Assembly: GCA_964016885.1 (NCBI GenBank)
Contig: CAXHJY010000080.1
Span: forward strand, 62,001-126,000
Direction: 5' to 3'
DNA: 64,000 nucleotides
Origin: Eledone cirrhosa
Taxonomy: Eukaryota
Below the pieces are notes generated by a model. That model saw only the letters and a list, made by a program, of their open reading frames with translations, made no database searches and had not been told where the DNA came from. This document shows positions 54,701-64,000 of this stretch, piece by piece. Within the stretch, counting starts at the first letter, position 1; each line of letters begins with the position of its first letter. A program made the translations under genes and the position numbers.

Positions 54701-57700
54701 AACAGAAATATATATATATATAGTAACATATTTCAAAATATCAACATTTACATATTCTTATGAATATATAAAATATATTTCAATATTTCAGATTATCTAG
54801 CAATGTCTTACTAACAGATTTCACATCATATCTTTAAACTTACAACAATATTTTATTTCTCGCAGTTGTTGAAAAAACTCCAGCACCTGCTATTACATTA
54901 CCAACTAAGGGTAAGGCCCTTGTACTCCTCAACATACTCTTTTATGTTATATTGATATCTTTATGTCTATGTTAATCATAGCTACCTCTTTCTTTGTCAA
55001 TCTCTTATTTCTATATATAAACATTCATTGATCTGTCAGATGTTGTCAATATAATTCAGTAAATTATACTGTCTATCAGTAAAGTTCAATATATTTATCT
55101 ATAGATGTAGTTATATCTTTTGTCTCTGTGATATATGTTTGGTATGTTTTCTATATTTGTTATTTCTAAGATACCATCTTGAAATATTTCTTATTATTTG
55201 TTTGATCTTCTGACAATGTAGTCTCCTCATATGTGGTCTGTAGTTTCATGTTGTGTTGTTTATTTGGAATATTGTTTTATGTAGAGTTGTTATTGTTTTG
55301 TTGTAGTGTTTTGATAACAATTCAAACCATATCTTGTTATGTGAAGTTATATCTTACCTTAATAAGTTGATTTCTATATTGATATATTGTTTTTGTTGAT
55401 TCTTTGTTATGTGACAGTATATCCCTATGTACCAGTTGATGGTTTGTTATGTATCAGAATATATAGTTATGTTGTAATATTATTTCAATATTACCCTGTC
55501 ACCATCTTAACTGTTATGTACTGTATCAATACAATGTACATGTAATGTAACATATTGTTCTGTTATGTCACTCAGTCTATGTTAAAAGATAATGTTAGAT
55601 TTATCTATCAGCCACTCTACATTATTCTATTAGTTAAAAACTTATTATAATGTTCTCCAGGTGGCTGCGGCAATACAAAATCTGACATCATCTTCATTTT
55701 GGATTCCTCAACTAGTGTTCAAGCAGAAAATTTTCAGAAAATGCTCGATTTTGTAGTTGACTTTGTCTCTGCTGCTGATATTGACAGTGGCAATGTTAGA
55801 ATCGGTGCAGTACTCTACAGTACAGATGTGAAAATACAATTCCATTTAAATGATTTCCAAAGTAAACAAGAAATGATCAAGGCAGTTGGTGAAATTGCCT
55901 ATGTTTATGGTAGTACAAACACTTATGGTGGACTAAACACAATGAGGACAGTAATGTTTACAAGAGAGAATGGTGACAGGCCATCTGTTGACAATATTGC
56001 CATACTTCTTACTGATGGTGTATCAAATATCAATTCATATCAGACTATTCCAGAAGCAGTGAAAGTTAGAGAAGATGGCATCCATATATATGCTATAGGT
56101 ATTGGTCTAACTGATACTACAGAATTGAGCAAGATTTCATCACTTCCTGTCAGTGAAAATATGTTTGTTGTCACTGATTTCAACGAATTATCGAATCTCA
56201 AGGAAAGAATCTTTGAACAATATTGCCCAGGTATAGCAATTAGCATGTGATAACAAAGTCATACTGTACTTGATACTATTACTAATATCCAATCCCTCAG
56301 TCATTTATCAATATTGCTTACTGCCATTATATAAAATATCAGCTTTATTAAATATCTAAGTCAGCTTTTACAATTCCTGCAGTTAACAGTTCTAATAATA
56401 TCAGTAAATATCCCATGTCATTGCGCTACATACCTTTCCCTTCCACCTTCTATAATGTATGTTATCCTATGATAACTCCTATTGCTTTATTAACAATGAC
56501 TCATCCATGCGATATCTGTTTGTCAGTTAGAATCAAATAACTGAAATTATATCTACCTTCTTTTTTAATATTATTTATTATCAAGGTTGAAATATTCTGT
56601 ACAATCTCTACAGTATATTTATATTCTAGTGATAACATTCCATATAACATTGACCTTCCAAATATATAACATTGATTATGAACTAATTTTTAATGACCCA
56701 ATACTCTGGCTGTGTATTAGTTTTACTGTTTCATTCTACAATTATTTCTCTTATAATTAACAGATTATTTTCTTCAATAAGTCGTTATATTTCTAGAATC
56801 TTAGAATGATTCATATTAATAAAAACTAATGGAGACAAGATTGCTGTACACTCAATCTTCACAATTACCAGCATTTATTGATGTAATTACTCTGTATTTA
56901 ACACAGCTAATATCTCTGCTTTAAAACCTAGACATAAATTCCTAATATATACCATTAAGTCATAGATCCTTTACTATATGTGAAGATAATCTACCAATAT
57001 TCTTTATAATGCTTCTACAAAATATGATGCCATAACTGTTATGACAATACCTGCAGCATGTAATTGTGATAACGTCTACCAATATACTGAATTAGTGTAT
57101 AATATATCTTATTTGCTTCATGTCATTCTAGTGGAATTTTTGTTTATAAAATATAAAATTTCACTGTTGCCATATCTTCAGCTTTATGCATGTGTGAATT
57201 ATTGTAAATAATAGAAACTGTATTTCTGTATAAATGAGTAGAATCATTGATAACCAGTGATTATGTAACTTTTGTGATATACTGGAAAGGTAACTGTGAT
57301 ATGAATGGAAGGCTGAATAATACTTTTCTTGTGACAAACTCTAACTTTCAGATATTCTTGTGACAAACTGTGACTTTCACACAAATACTAATAGATTTAT
57401 TACAGAACAACACTTATAATATATAGAACACATTACATAACAATTATTTCAATATTATCACTGGAATATTAATTAGTTATTCACAGTCAGCTATTGGAGA
57501 TTAAACAGAAATATATATATATATAGTAACATATTTCAAAATATCAACATTTACATATTCTTATGAATATATAAAATATATTTCAATATTTCAGATTATC
57601 TAGCAATGTCTTACTAACAGATTTCACATCATATCTTTAAACTTACAACAATATTTTATTTCTCGCAGTTGTTGAAAAAACTCCAGCACCTGCTATTACA

Positions 57701-60700
57701 TTACCAACTAAGGGTAAGGCCCTTGTACTCCTCAACATACTCTTTTATGTTATATTGATATCTTTATGTCTATGTTAATCATAGCTACCTCTTTCTTTGT
57801 CAATCTCTTATTTCTATATATAAACATTCATTGATCTGTCAGATGTTGTCAATATAATTCAGTAAATTATACTGTCTATCAGTAAAGTTCAATATATTTA
57901 TCTATAGATGTAGTTATATCTTTTGTCTCTGTGATATATGTTTGGTATGTTTTCTATATTTGTTATTTCTAAGATACCATCTTGAAATATTTCTTATTAT
58001 TTGTTTGATCTTCTGACAATGTAGTCTCCTCATATGTGGTCTGTAGTTTCATGTTGTGTTGTTTATTTGGAATATTGTTTTATGTAGAGTTGTTATTGTT
58101 TTGTTGTAGTGTTTTGATAACAATTCAAACCATATCTTGTTATGTGAAGTTATATCTTACCTTAATAAGTTGATTTCTATATTGATATATTGTTTTTGTT
58201 GATTCTTTGTTATGTGACAGTATATCCCTATGTACCAGTTGATGGTTTGTTATGTATCAGAATATATAGTTATGTTGTAATATTATTTCAATATTACCCT
58301 GTCACCATCTTAACTGTTATGTACTGTATCAATACAATGTACATGTAATGTAACATATTGTTCTGTTATGTCACTCAGTCTATGTTAAAAGATAATGTTA
58401 GATTTATCTATCAGCCACTCTACATTATTCTATTAGTTAAAAACTTATTATAATGTTCTCCAGGTGGCTGCGGCAATACAAAATCTGACATCATCTTCAT
58501 TTTGGATTCCTCAACTAGTGTTCAAGCAGAAAATTTTCAGAAAATGCTCGATTTTGTAGTTGACTTTGTCTCTGCTGCTGATATTGACAGTGGCAATGTT
58601 AGAATCGGTGCAGTACTCTACAGTACAGATGTGAAAATACAATTCCATTTAAATGATTTCCAAAGTAAACAACAAATGATCAAGGCAGTTGGTGAAATTG
58701 CCTATGTTTATGGTAGTACAAACACTTATGGTGGACTGAACACAATGAGGACAGTAATGTTTACAAGAGAGAATGGTGACAGGCCATCTGTTGACAATAT
58801 TGCCATACTTCTTACTGATGGTGTATCAAATATCAATTCATATCAGACTATTCCAGAAGCAGTGAAAGTTAGAGAAGATGGCATCCATATATATGCTATA
58901 GGTATTGGTCTAACTGATACTACAGAATTGAGCAAGATTTCATCACTTCCTGTCAGTGAAAATATGTTTGTTGTCACTGATTTCAACGAATTATCGAATC
59001 TCAAGGAAAGAATCTTTGAACAATATTGCCCAGGTATAGCAATTAGCATGTGATAACAAAGTCATACTGTACTTGATACTATTACTAATATCCAATCCCT
59101 CAGTCATTTATCAATATTGCTTACTGCCATTATATAAAATATCAGCTTTATTAAATATCTAAGTCAGCTTTTACAATTCCTGCAGTTAACAGTTCTAATA
59201 ATATCAGTAAATATCCCATGTCATTGCGCTACATACCTTTCCCTTCCACCTTCTATAATGTATGTTATCCTATGATAACTCCTATTGCTTTATTAACAAT
59301 GACTCATCCATGCGATATCTGTTTGTCAGTTAGAATCAAATAACTGAAATTATATCTACCTTCTTTTTTAATATTATTTATTATCAAGGTTGAAATATTC
59401 TGTACAATCTCTACAGTATATTTATATTCTAGTGATAACATTCCATATAACATTGACCTTCCAAATATATAACATTGATTATGAACTAATTTTTAATGAC
59501 CCAATACTCTGGCTGTGTATTAGTTTTACTGTTTCATTCTACAATTATTTCTCTTATAATTAACAGATTATTTTCTTCAATAAGTCGTTGTATTTCTAGA
59601 ATCTTTGAATGATACATATTAATAAAAACTAATGGAGACAAGATTGCTGTACACTCAATCTTCACAATTACCAGCATTTATTGATGTAATTACTCTGTAT
59701 TTAACACAGCTAATATCTCTGCTTTAAAACCTAGACATAAATTCCTAATATATACCATTAAGTCATAGATCCTTTACTATATGTGAAGATAATCTACCAA
59801 TATTCTTTATAATGCTTCTACAAAATATGATGCCATAACTGTTATGACAATACCTGCAGCATGTAATTGTGATAACGTCTACCAATATACTGAATTAGTG
59901 TATAATATATCTTATTTGCTTCATGTCATTCTAGTGGAATTTTTGTTTATAAAATATAAAATTTCACTGTTGCCATATCTTCAGCTTTATGCATGTGTGA
60001 ATTATTGTAAATAATAGAAACTGTATTTCTGTATAAATGAGTAGAATCATTGATAACCAGTGATTATGTAACTTTTGTGATATACTGGAAAGGTAACTGT
60101 GATATGAATGGAAGGCTGAATAATACTTTTCTTGTGACAAACTCTAACTTTCAGATATTCTTGTGACAAACTGTGACTTTCACACAAATACTAATAGATT
60201 TATTACAGAACAACACTTATAATATATAGAACACATTACATAACAATTATTTCAATATTATCACTGGAATATTAATTAGTTATTCACAGTCAGCTATTGG
60301 AGATTAAACAGAAATATATATATATATAGTAACATATTTCAAAATATCAACATTTACATATTCTTATGAATATATAAAATATATTTCAATATTTCAGATT
60401 ATCTAGCAATGTCTTACTAACAGATTTCACATCATATCTTTAAACTTACAACAATATTTTATTTCTCGCAGTTGTTGAAAAAACTCCAGCACCTGCTATT
60501 ACATTACCAACTAAGGGTAAGGCCCTTGTACTCCTCAACATACTCTTTTATGTTATATTGATATCTTTATGTCTATGTTAATCATAGCTACCTCTTTCTT
60601 TGTCAATCTCTTATTTCTATATATAAACATTCATTGATCTGTCAGATGTTGTCAATATAATTCAGTAAATTATACTGTCTATCAGTAAAGTTCAATATAT

Positions 60701-63682
60701 TTATCTATAGATGTAGTTATATCTTTTGTCTCTGTGATATATGTTTGGTATGTTTTCTATATTTGTTATTTCTAAGATACCATCTTGAAATATTTCTTAT
60801 TATTTGTTTGATCTTCTGACAATGTAGTCTCCTCATATGTGGTCTGTAGTTTCATGTTGTGTTGTTTATTTGGAATATTGTTTTATGTAGAGTTGTTATT
60901 GTTTTGTTGTAGTGTTTTGATAACAATTCAAACCATATCTTGTTATGTGAAGTTATATCTTACCTTAATAAGTTGATTTCTATATTGATATATTGTTTTT
61001 GTTGATTCTTTGTTATGTGACAGTATATCCCTATGTACCAGTTGATGGTTTGTTATGTATCAGAATATATAGTTATGTTGTAATATTATTTCAATATTAC
61101 CCTGTCACCATCTTAACTGTTATGTACTGTATCAATACAATGTACATGTAATGTAACATATTGTTCTGTTATGTCACTCAGTCTATGTTAAAAGATAATG
61201 TTAGATTTATCTATCAGCCACTCTACATTATTCTATTAGTTAAAAACTTATTATAATGTTCTCCAGGTGGCTGCGGCAATACAAAATCTGACATCATCTT
61301 CATTTTGGATTCCTCAACTAGTGTTCAAGCAGAAAATTTTCAGAAAATGCTCGATTTTGTAGTTGACTTTGTCTCTGCTGCTGATATTGACAGTGGCAAT
61401 GTTAGAATCGGTGCAGTACTCTACAGTACAGATGTGAAAATACAATTCCATTTAAATGATTTCCAAAGTAAACAACAAATGATCAAGGCAGTTGGTGAAA
61501 TTGCCTATGTTTATGGTAGTACAAACACTTATGGTGGACTAAACACAATGAGGACAGTAATGTTTACAAGAGAGAATGGTGACAGGCCATCTGTTGACAA
61601 TATTGCCATACTTCTTACTGATGGTGTATCAAATATCAATTCATATCAGACTATTCCAGAAGCAGTGAAAGTTAGAGAAGATGGCATCCATATATATGCT
61701 ATAGGTATTGGTCTAACTGATACTACAGAATTGAGCAAGATTTCATCACTTCCTGTCAGTGAAAATATGTTTGTTGTCACTGATTTCAACGAATTATCGA
61801 ATCTCAAGGAAAGAATCTTTGAACAATATTGCCCAGGTATAGCAATTAGCATGTGATAACAAAGTCATACTGTACTTGATACTATTACTAATATCCAATC
61901 CCTCAGTCATTTATCAATATTGCTTACTGCCATTATATAAAATATCAGCTTTATTAAATATCTAAGTCAGCTTTTACAATTCCTGCAGTTAACAGTTCTA
62001 ATAATATCAGTAAATATCCCATGTCATTGCGCTACATACCTTTCCCTTCCACCTTCTATAATGTATGTTATCCTATGATAACTCCTATTGCTTTATTAAC
62101 AATGACTCATCCATGCGATATCTGTTTGTCAGTTAGAATCAAATAACTGAAATTATATCTACCTTCTTTTTTAATATTATTTATTATCAAGGTTGAAATA
62201 TTCTGTACAATCTCTACAGTATATTTATATTCTAGTGATAACATTCCATATAACATTGACCTTCCAAATATATAACATTGATTATGAACTAATTTTTAAT
62301 GACCCAATACTCTGGCTGTGTATTAGTTTTACTGTTTCATTCTACAATTATTTCTCTTATAATTAACAGATTATTTTCTTCAATAAGTCGTTGTATTTCT
62401 AGAATCTTTGAATGATACATATTAATAAAAACTAATGGAGACAAGATTGCTGTACACTCAATCTTCACAATTACCAGCATTTATTGATGTAATTACTCTG
62501 TATTTAACACAGCTAATATCTCTGCTTTAAAACCTAGACATAAATTCCTAATATATACCATTAAGTCATAGATCCTTTACTATATGTGAAGATAATCTAC
62601 CAATATTCTTTATAATGCTTCTACAAAATATGATGCCATAACTGTTATGACAATACCTGCAGCATGTAATTGTGATAACGTCTACCAATATACTGAATTA
62701 GTGTATAATATATCTTATTTGCTTCATGTCATTCTAGTGGAATTTTTGTTTATAAAATATAAAATTTCACTGTTGCCATATCTTCAGCTTTATGCATGTG
62801 TGAATTATTGTAAATAATAGAAACTGTATTTCTGTATAAATGAGTAGAATCATTGATAACCAGTGATTATGTAACGTTTGTGATATACTGGAAAGGTAAC
62901 TGTGATATGAATGGAAGGCTGAATAATACTTTTCTTGTGACAAACTCTAACTTTCAGATATTCTTGTGACAAACTGTGACTTTCACACAAATACTAATAG
63001 ATTTTGTCTTCATATTGATATTCGTAATCTGTAATACCTAAATATTTACAAAGTAAATTAAATTAATTTAATATTTAAACTTTATCTGTAAGAAATATGT
63101 CATATCTCTCTTGAAATATGTTTCTTACTTTCAATACCAACTGACTTAAAATATAACATTTATATGTAATACACTTCAATATGTAGGTAATATATTACAT
63201 TGTTTTACTTTCAATTTACTATCAACTATTTAGAATTCTATCTTAATGAGTTATGTGATTATTATTTCCATAAAAGGAGGAGAAATAGTGACACCTAGTA
63301 GAGTTCCAATAATTGAAACAACCAGAAAGAGAGGTGAGATATTACTGAAACATATTTATATATACTTAGATATGTTACAGAACAACACTTATAATATATA
63401 GAACATATTACATAACAATTATTTCAATATCATCACTGGAATATTAATTAGTTATTCACAGTCAGCTATTGGAGATTAAACAGAAATATATATAGTAACA
63501 TATTTCAAAATATCAACATTTACATATTCTTATGAATATATAAAGTATATTTCAATATTTCAGATTATCTAGCAATGTCTTACTAACAGATTTCACATCA
63601 TATCTTTAAACTTACAACAATATTTTATTTCTCGCAGTTGTTGAAAAAACTCCAGCACCTGCTATTACATTACCAACTAAGG
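670..63682 (+). CDS. Internal part of a giant multi-exon poly-VWA extracellular protein gene (collagen VI/matrilin-like VWA domains, no Gly-X-Y seen); 52 predicted exons, about 4,978 aa in window, open at both ends
   Basis: 24 VWA exons (570 bp), 7 linkers of 39 bp, 18 linkers of 45 bp and 3 exons of 57 bp. All are AG..GT flanked, multiples of 3, phase 1-1, with no in-frame stop when joined. The ORF-track starts are GTG/TTG codons inside exons, not real starts. Confidence 0.88.
943..1512 (+). CDS. VWA exon A1 (GKCNAAESDIVFVLDSSTS...DSFCP), F variant
   Basis: cctattctctag|gtaaatgt acceptor and ccgg|gtacgt donor; 570 bp; DxSxS...T...TDG MIDAS motif. Confidence 0.93.
2308..2346 (+). CDS. Linker micro-exon A2
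   Basis: Same sequence and splice sites as A1 linker. Confidence 0.85.
2584..3153 (+). CDS. VWA exon A2 (NALQ variant)
   Basis: ORF 2613..3170; same splice sites as A1. Confidence 0.93.
3949..3987 (+). CDS. Linker micro-exon A3
   Basis: As A1 linker. Confidence 0.85.
4224..4793 (+). CDS. VWA exon A3 (NALQ)
   Basis: ORF 4253..4810; same splice sites. Confidence 0.93.
5589..5627 (+). CDS. Linker micro-exon A4
   Basis: As A1 linker. Confidence 0.85.
5864..6433 (+). CDS. VWA exon A4 (NALQ)
   Basis: ORF 5893..6450; same splice sites. Confidence 0.93.
7229..7267 (+). CDS. Linker micro-exon A5
   Basis: As A1 linker. Confidence 0.85.
7504..8073 (+). CDS. VWA exon A5 (NALQ)
   Basis: ORF 7533..8090; same splice sites. 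Confidence 0.93.
8873..8911 (+). CDS. Linker micro-exon A6 (VRTEVTTPHPKPP, P>T variant)
   Basis: acag|taagaact...cctg|gtaaga. Confidence 0.85.
9146..9715 (+). CDS. VWA exon A6 (NAFQ)
   Basis: ORF 9175..9732; same splice sites. Confidence 0.93.
10508..10546 (+). CDS. Linker micro-exon A7 (P>T variant)
   Basis: As A6 linker. Confidence 0.85.
10781..11350 (+). CDS. VWA exon A7 (NAFQ), last type-A copy
   Basis: ORF 10810..11367; same splice sites. Confidence 0.93.
11747..11791 (+). pseudogene. Decayed B-type linker pseudo-exon (VDSCPAPSMTLSLM)
   Basis: 29/45 nt ungapped match (hand count) to the 45-bp B linker exon; the acceptor AG and donor GT positions are both mutated. Confidence 0.45.
12398..12502. 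repeat. Perfect 42-bp inverted repeat with 21-nt loop (GC-rich hairpin; possible Penelope-like/retrozyme or MITE remnant)
   Basis: 12398-12439 aggaaaagagtcaggaccccgacggctgagctccggctgttt is the exact reverse complement of 12461-12502. Confidence 0.9.
13528..13575. repeat. Short direct repeat, 21-bp motif twice with 27-bp period
   Basis: cttttaaggtgtttgtgatga at 13528 and 13555. Confidence 0.8.
13792..13853. repeat. Compound (TA)n/(GA)n microsatellite
   Basis: atacatatatatatacgtatctatatgagagagagagtgagaaagagagatagagagagaga. Confidence 0.8.
14715..14762. repeat. Compound (TA)n/(TG)n microsatellite
   Basis: atatatatatatgcatatatacatatatatgtgagtgtgtgtgtgtgt. Confidence 0.8.
14848..14892 (+). CDS. 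Diverged linker micro-exon B0 (VVENTPAPFITTTPK), joins array A to array B
   Basis: ttttatttctcgcag|ttgttgaa...cctaagg|gtaaga; 45 bp; paralogous to the B linkers. Confidence 0.85.
15673..16242 (+). CDS. VWA exon B1 (GGCGNTKSDIIFILDSSTS...EQYCP; STNV, QQMIN)
   Basis: gttctccag|gtggctgc acceptor and cccag|gtatag donor; 570 bp; MIDAS intact. Confidence 0.93.
17361..17417. repeat. 29-bp tandem duplication in the B intron (present in every B unit)
   Basis: ttcttgtgacaaactctaactttcagata / ttcttgtgacaaactgtgactttcacac. Confidence 0.8.
17698..17742 (+). CDS. Linker micro-exon B-L1 (VVEKTPAPAITLPTK), 45 bp
   Basis: tttctcgcag|ttgttgaa...actaagg|gtaagg; phase 1-1. Confidence 0.87.
18491..19060 (+). 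CDS. VWA exon B2 (QQMIM)
   Basis: ORF 18529..19080; same splice sites as B1. Confidence 0.93.
20499..20543 (+). CDS. Linker micro-exon B-L2
   Basis: As B-L1. Confidence 0.87.
21294..21863 (+). CDS. VWA exon B3 (QQMIK)
   Basis: ORF 21332..21883. Confidence 0.93.
23296..23340 (+). CDS. Linker micro-exon B-L3
   Basis: As B-L1. Confidence 0.87.
24091..24660 (+). CDS. VWA exon B4 (QQMIM)
   Basis: ORF 24129..24680. Confidence 0.93.
26099..26143 (+). CDS. Linker micro-exon B-L4
   Basis: As B-L1. Confidence 0.87.
26894..27463 (+). CDS. VWA exon B5 (QEMIK)
   Basis: ORF 26932..27483. Confidence 0.93.
28902..28946 (+). CDS. Linker micro-exon B-L5
   Basis: As B-L1. Confidence 0.87.
29697..30266 (+). 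CDS. VWA exon B6 (QEMIK)
   Basis: ORF 29735..30286. Confidence 0.93.
31705..31749 (+). CDS. Linker micro-exon B-L6
   Basis: As B-L1. Confidence 0.87.
32500..33069 (+). CDS. VWA exon B7 (QEMIK)
   Basis: ORF 32538..33089. Confidence 0.93.
34508..34552 (+). CDS. Linker micro-exon B-L7
   Basis: As B-L1. Confidence 0.87.
35303..35872 (+). CDS. VWA exon B8 (QQMIK)
   Basis: ORF 35341..35892. Confidence 0.93.
37311..37355 (+). CDS. Linker micro-exon B-L8
   Basis: As B-L1. Confidence 0.87.
38106..38675 (+). CDS. VWA exon B9 (QEMIK)
   Basis: ORF 38144..38695. Confidence 0.93.
40116..40172 (+). CDS. Extra 57-bp micro-exon X1 (GGEIVTPSRVPIIETTRKR)
   Basis: ttatttccataaaag|gaggagaa...aagagag|gtgaga; 19 codons, phase 1-1, stop-free, purine-rich island within the 369-bp block of long units. 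Confidence 0.72.
40477..40521 (+). CDS. Linker micro-exon B-L9
   Basis: As B-L1. Confidence 0.87.
41272..41841 (+). CDS. VWA exon B10 (QQMIK)
   Basis: ORF 41310..41861. Confidence 0.93.
43282..43338 (+). CDS. Extra 57-bp micro-exon X2 (...TTRKR)
   Basis: Identical to X1. Confidence 0.72.
43643..43687 (+). CDS. Linker micro-exon B-L10
   Basis: As B-L1. Confidence 0.87.
44438..45007 (+). CDS. VWA exon B11 (QQMIM)
   Basis: ORF 44476..45027. Confidence 0.93.
46463..46507 (+). CDS. Linker micro-exon B-L11
   Basis: As B-L1. Confidence 0.87.
47258..47827 (+). CDS. VWA exon B12 (QQMIM)
   Basis: ORF 47296..47847. Confidence 0.93.
49266..49310 (+). CDS. Linker micro-exon B-L12
   Basis: As B-L1. 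Confidence 0.87.
50061..50630 (+). CDS. VWA exon B13 (QQMIK)
   Basis: ORF 50099..50650. Confidence 0.93.
52063..52107 (+). CDS. Linker micro-exon B-L13
   Basis: As B-L1. Confidence 0.87.
52858..53427 (+). CDS. VWA exon B14 (QQMIM)
   Basis: ORF 52896..53447. Confidence 0.93.
54866..54910 (+). CDS. Linker micro-exon B-L14
   Basis: As B-L1. Confidence 0.87.
55661..56230 (+). CDS. VWA exon B15 (QEMIK)
   Basis: ORF 55699..56250. Confidence 0.93.
57669..57713 (+). CDS. Linker micro-exon B-L15
   Basis: As B-L1. Confidence 0.87.
58464..59033 (+). CDS. VWA exon B16 (QQMIK)
   Basis: ORF 58502..59053. Confidence 0.93.
60472..60516 (+). CDS. Linker micro-exon B-L16
   Basis: As B-L1. Confidence 0.87.
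61267..61836 (+). CDS. VWA exon B17 (QQMIK)
   Basis: ORF 61305..61856. Confidence 0.93.
63277..63333 (+). CDS. Extra 57-bp micro-exon X3 (...TTRKR)
   Basis: Identical to X1. Confidence 0.72.
63638..63682 (+). CDS. Linker micro-exon B-L17
   Basis: As B-L1; the next VWA exon is expected just beyond the window end. Confidence 0.87.
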
Positions 63683-64000
63683 GTAAGGCCCTTGTACTCC
63701 TCAACATACTCTTTTATGTTATATTGATATCTTTATGTCTATGTTAATCATAGCTACCTCTTTCTTTGTCAATCTCTTATTTCTATATATAAACATTCAT
63801 TGATCTGTCAGATGTTGTCAATATAATTCAGTAAATTATACTGTCTATCAGTAAAGTTCAATATATTTATCTATAGATGTAGTTATATCTTTTGTCTCTG
63901 TGATATATGTTTGGTATGTTTTCTATATTTGTTATTTCTAAGATACCATCTTGAAATATTTCTTATTATTTGTTTGATCTCCTGACAATGTAGTCTCCTC

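Larger units (their letters stand above)
15517..64000 (+). repeat. Tandem array B: 2,797-2,820-bp or 3,166-bp unit (VWA-B exon + intron + linker exon + intron), 17 VWA copies, continuing downstream
   Basis: ORF spacings are 2818, 2803, 2797, 2803x5, 3166, 3166, 2820, 2803, 2797, 2803x3. Introns are near-identical. Confidence 0.97.

Noticed and set aside
972-61856. Treating the 183-185 aa ORFs as 24 separate single-exon (or prokaryotic) VWA genes
   Set aside because: They start at GTG/TTG inside the first beta-strand. The domain continues upstream to an AG acceptor, and the tails (GTYIT, GIAISM) lie past GT donors. There are no signal peptides or RBS-like features.
670-63682. Assigning a gene symbol such as COL6A3, MATN or VWF
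   Set aside because: No collagen helix, EGF, coiled-coil or VWD domain is present in the window, and VWA similarity alone does not establish orthology.
1-64000. CRISPR array, diversity-generating retroelement or Dscam-like mutually exclusive exon cluster
   Set aside because: There are no short repeat-spacer units, no RT or Cas ORFs and no adenine-specific variable region. The exons are nearly identical and each has its own linker, which fits serial inclusion rather than diversity by exon choice.

Overview
This is AT-rich eukaryotic (metazoan) genomic DNA. It may be a cephalopod or other mollusc, but that is only my inference from the style of the repeats. The whole window is the interior of one large + strand spliced gene built from tandemly amplified exon-intron cassettes, and no start or stop exon is visible. 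It holds 24 intact 570-bp VWA (von Willebrand factor A, collagen VI/matrilin-like) exons with an intact MIDAS motif and a terminal Cys pair. Seven are type A (unit about 1.64 kb, 1-11.7 kb) and 17 are type B (unit about 2.8 or 3.17 kb, 15.5-64 kb). Each VWA exon is preceded by a Pro/Thr-rich linker micro-exon (39 or 45 bp) that the ORF track misses. All exons are symmetric phase 1-1, giving about 4,980 aa of uninterrupted VWA-linker beads. Introns are homogenised almost as fully as exons. Three long type-B units carry an extra 369-bp block containing a 57-bp in-frame micro-exon that ends in RKR, a candidate convertase site. Other signals are a higher-order repeat, a possible degenerate antisense VWA copy in the introns, a decayed linker pseudo-exon, and a perfect 42-bp GC-rich hairpin in the unique spacer between the two arrays. 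Exon calls rest on splice motifs and frame logic only, with no transcript evidence.
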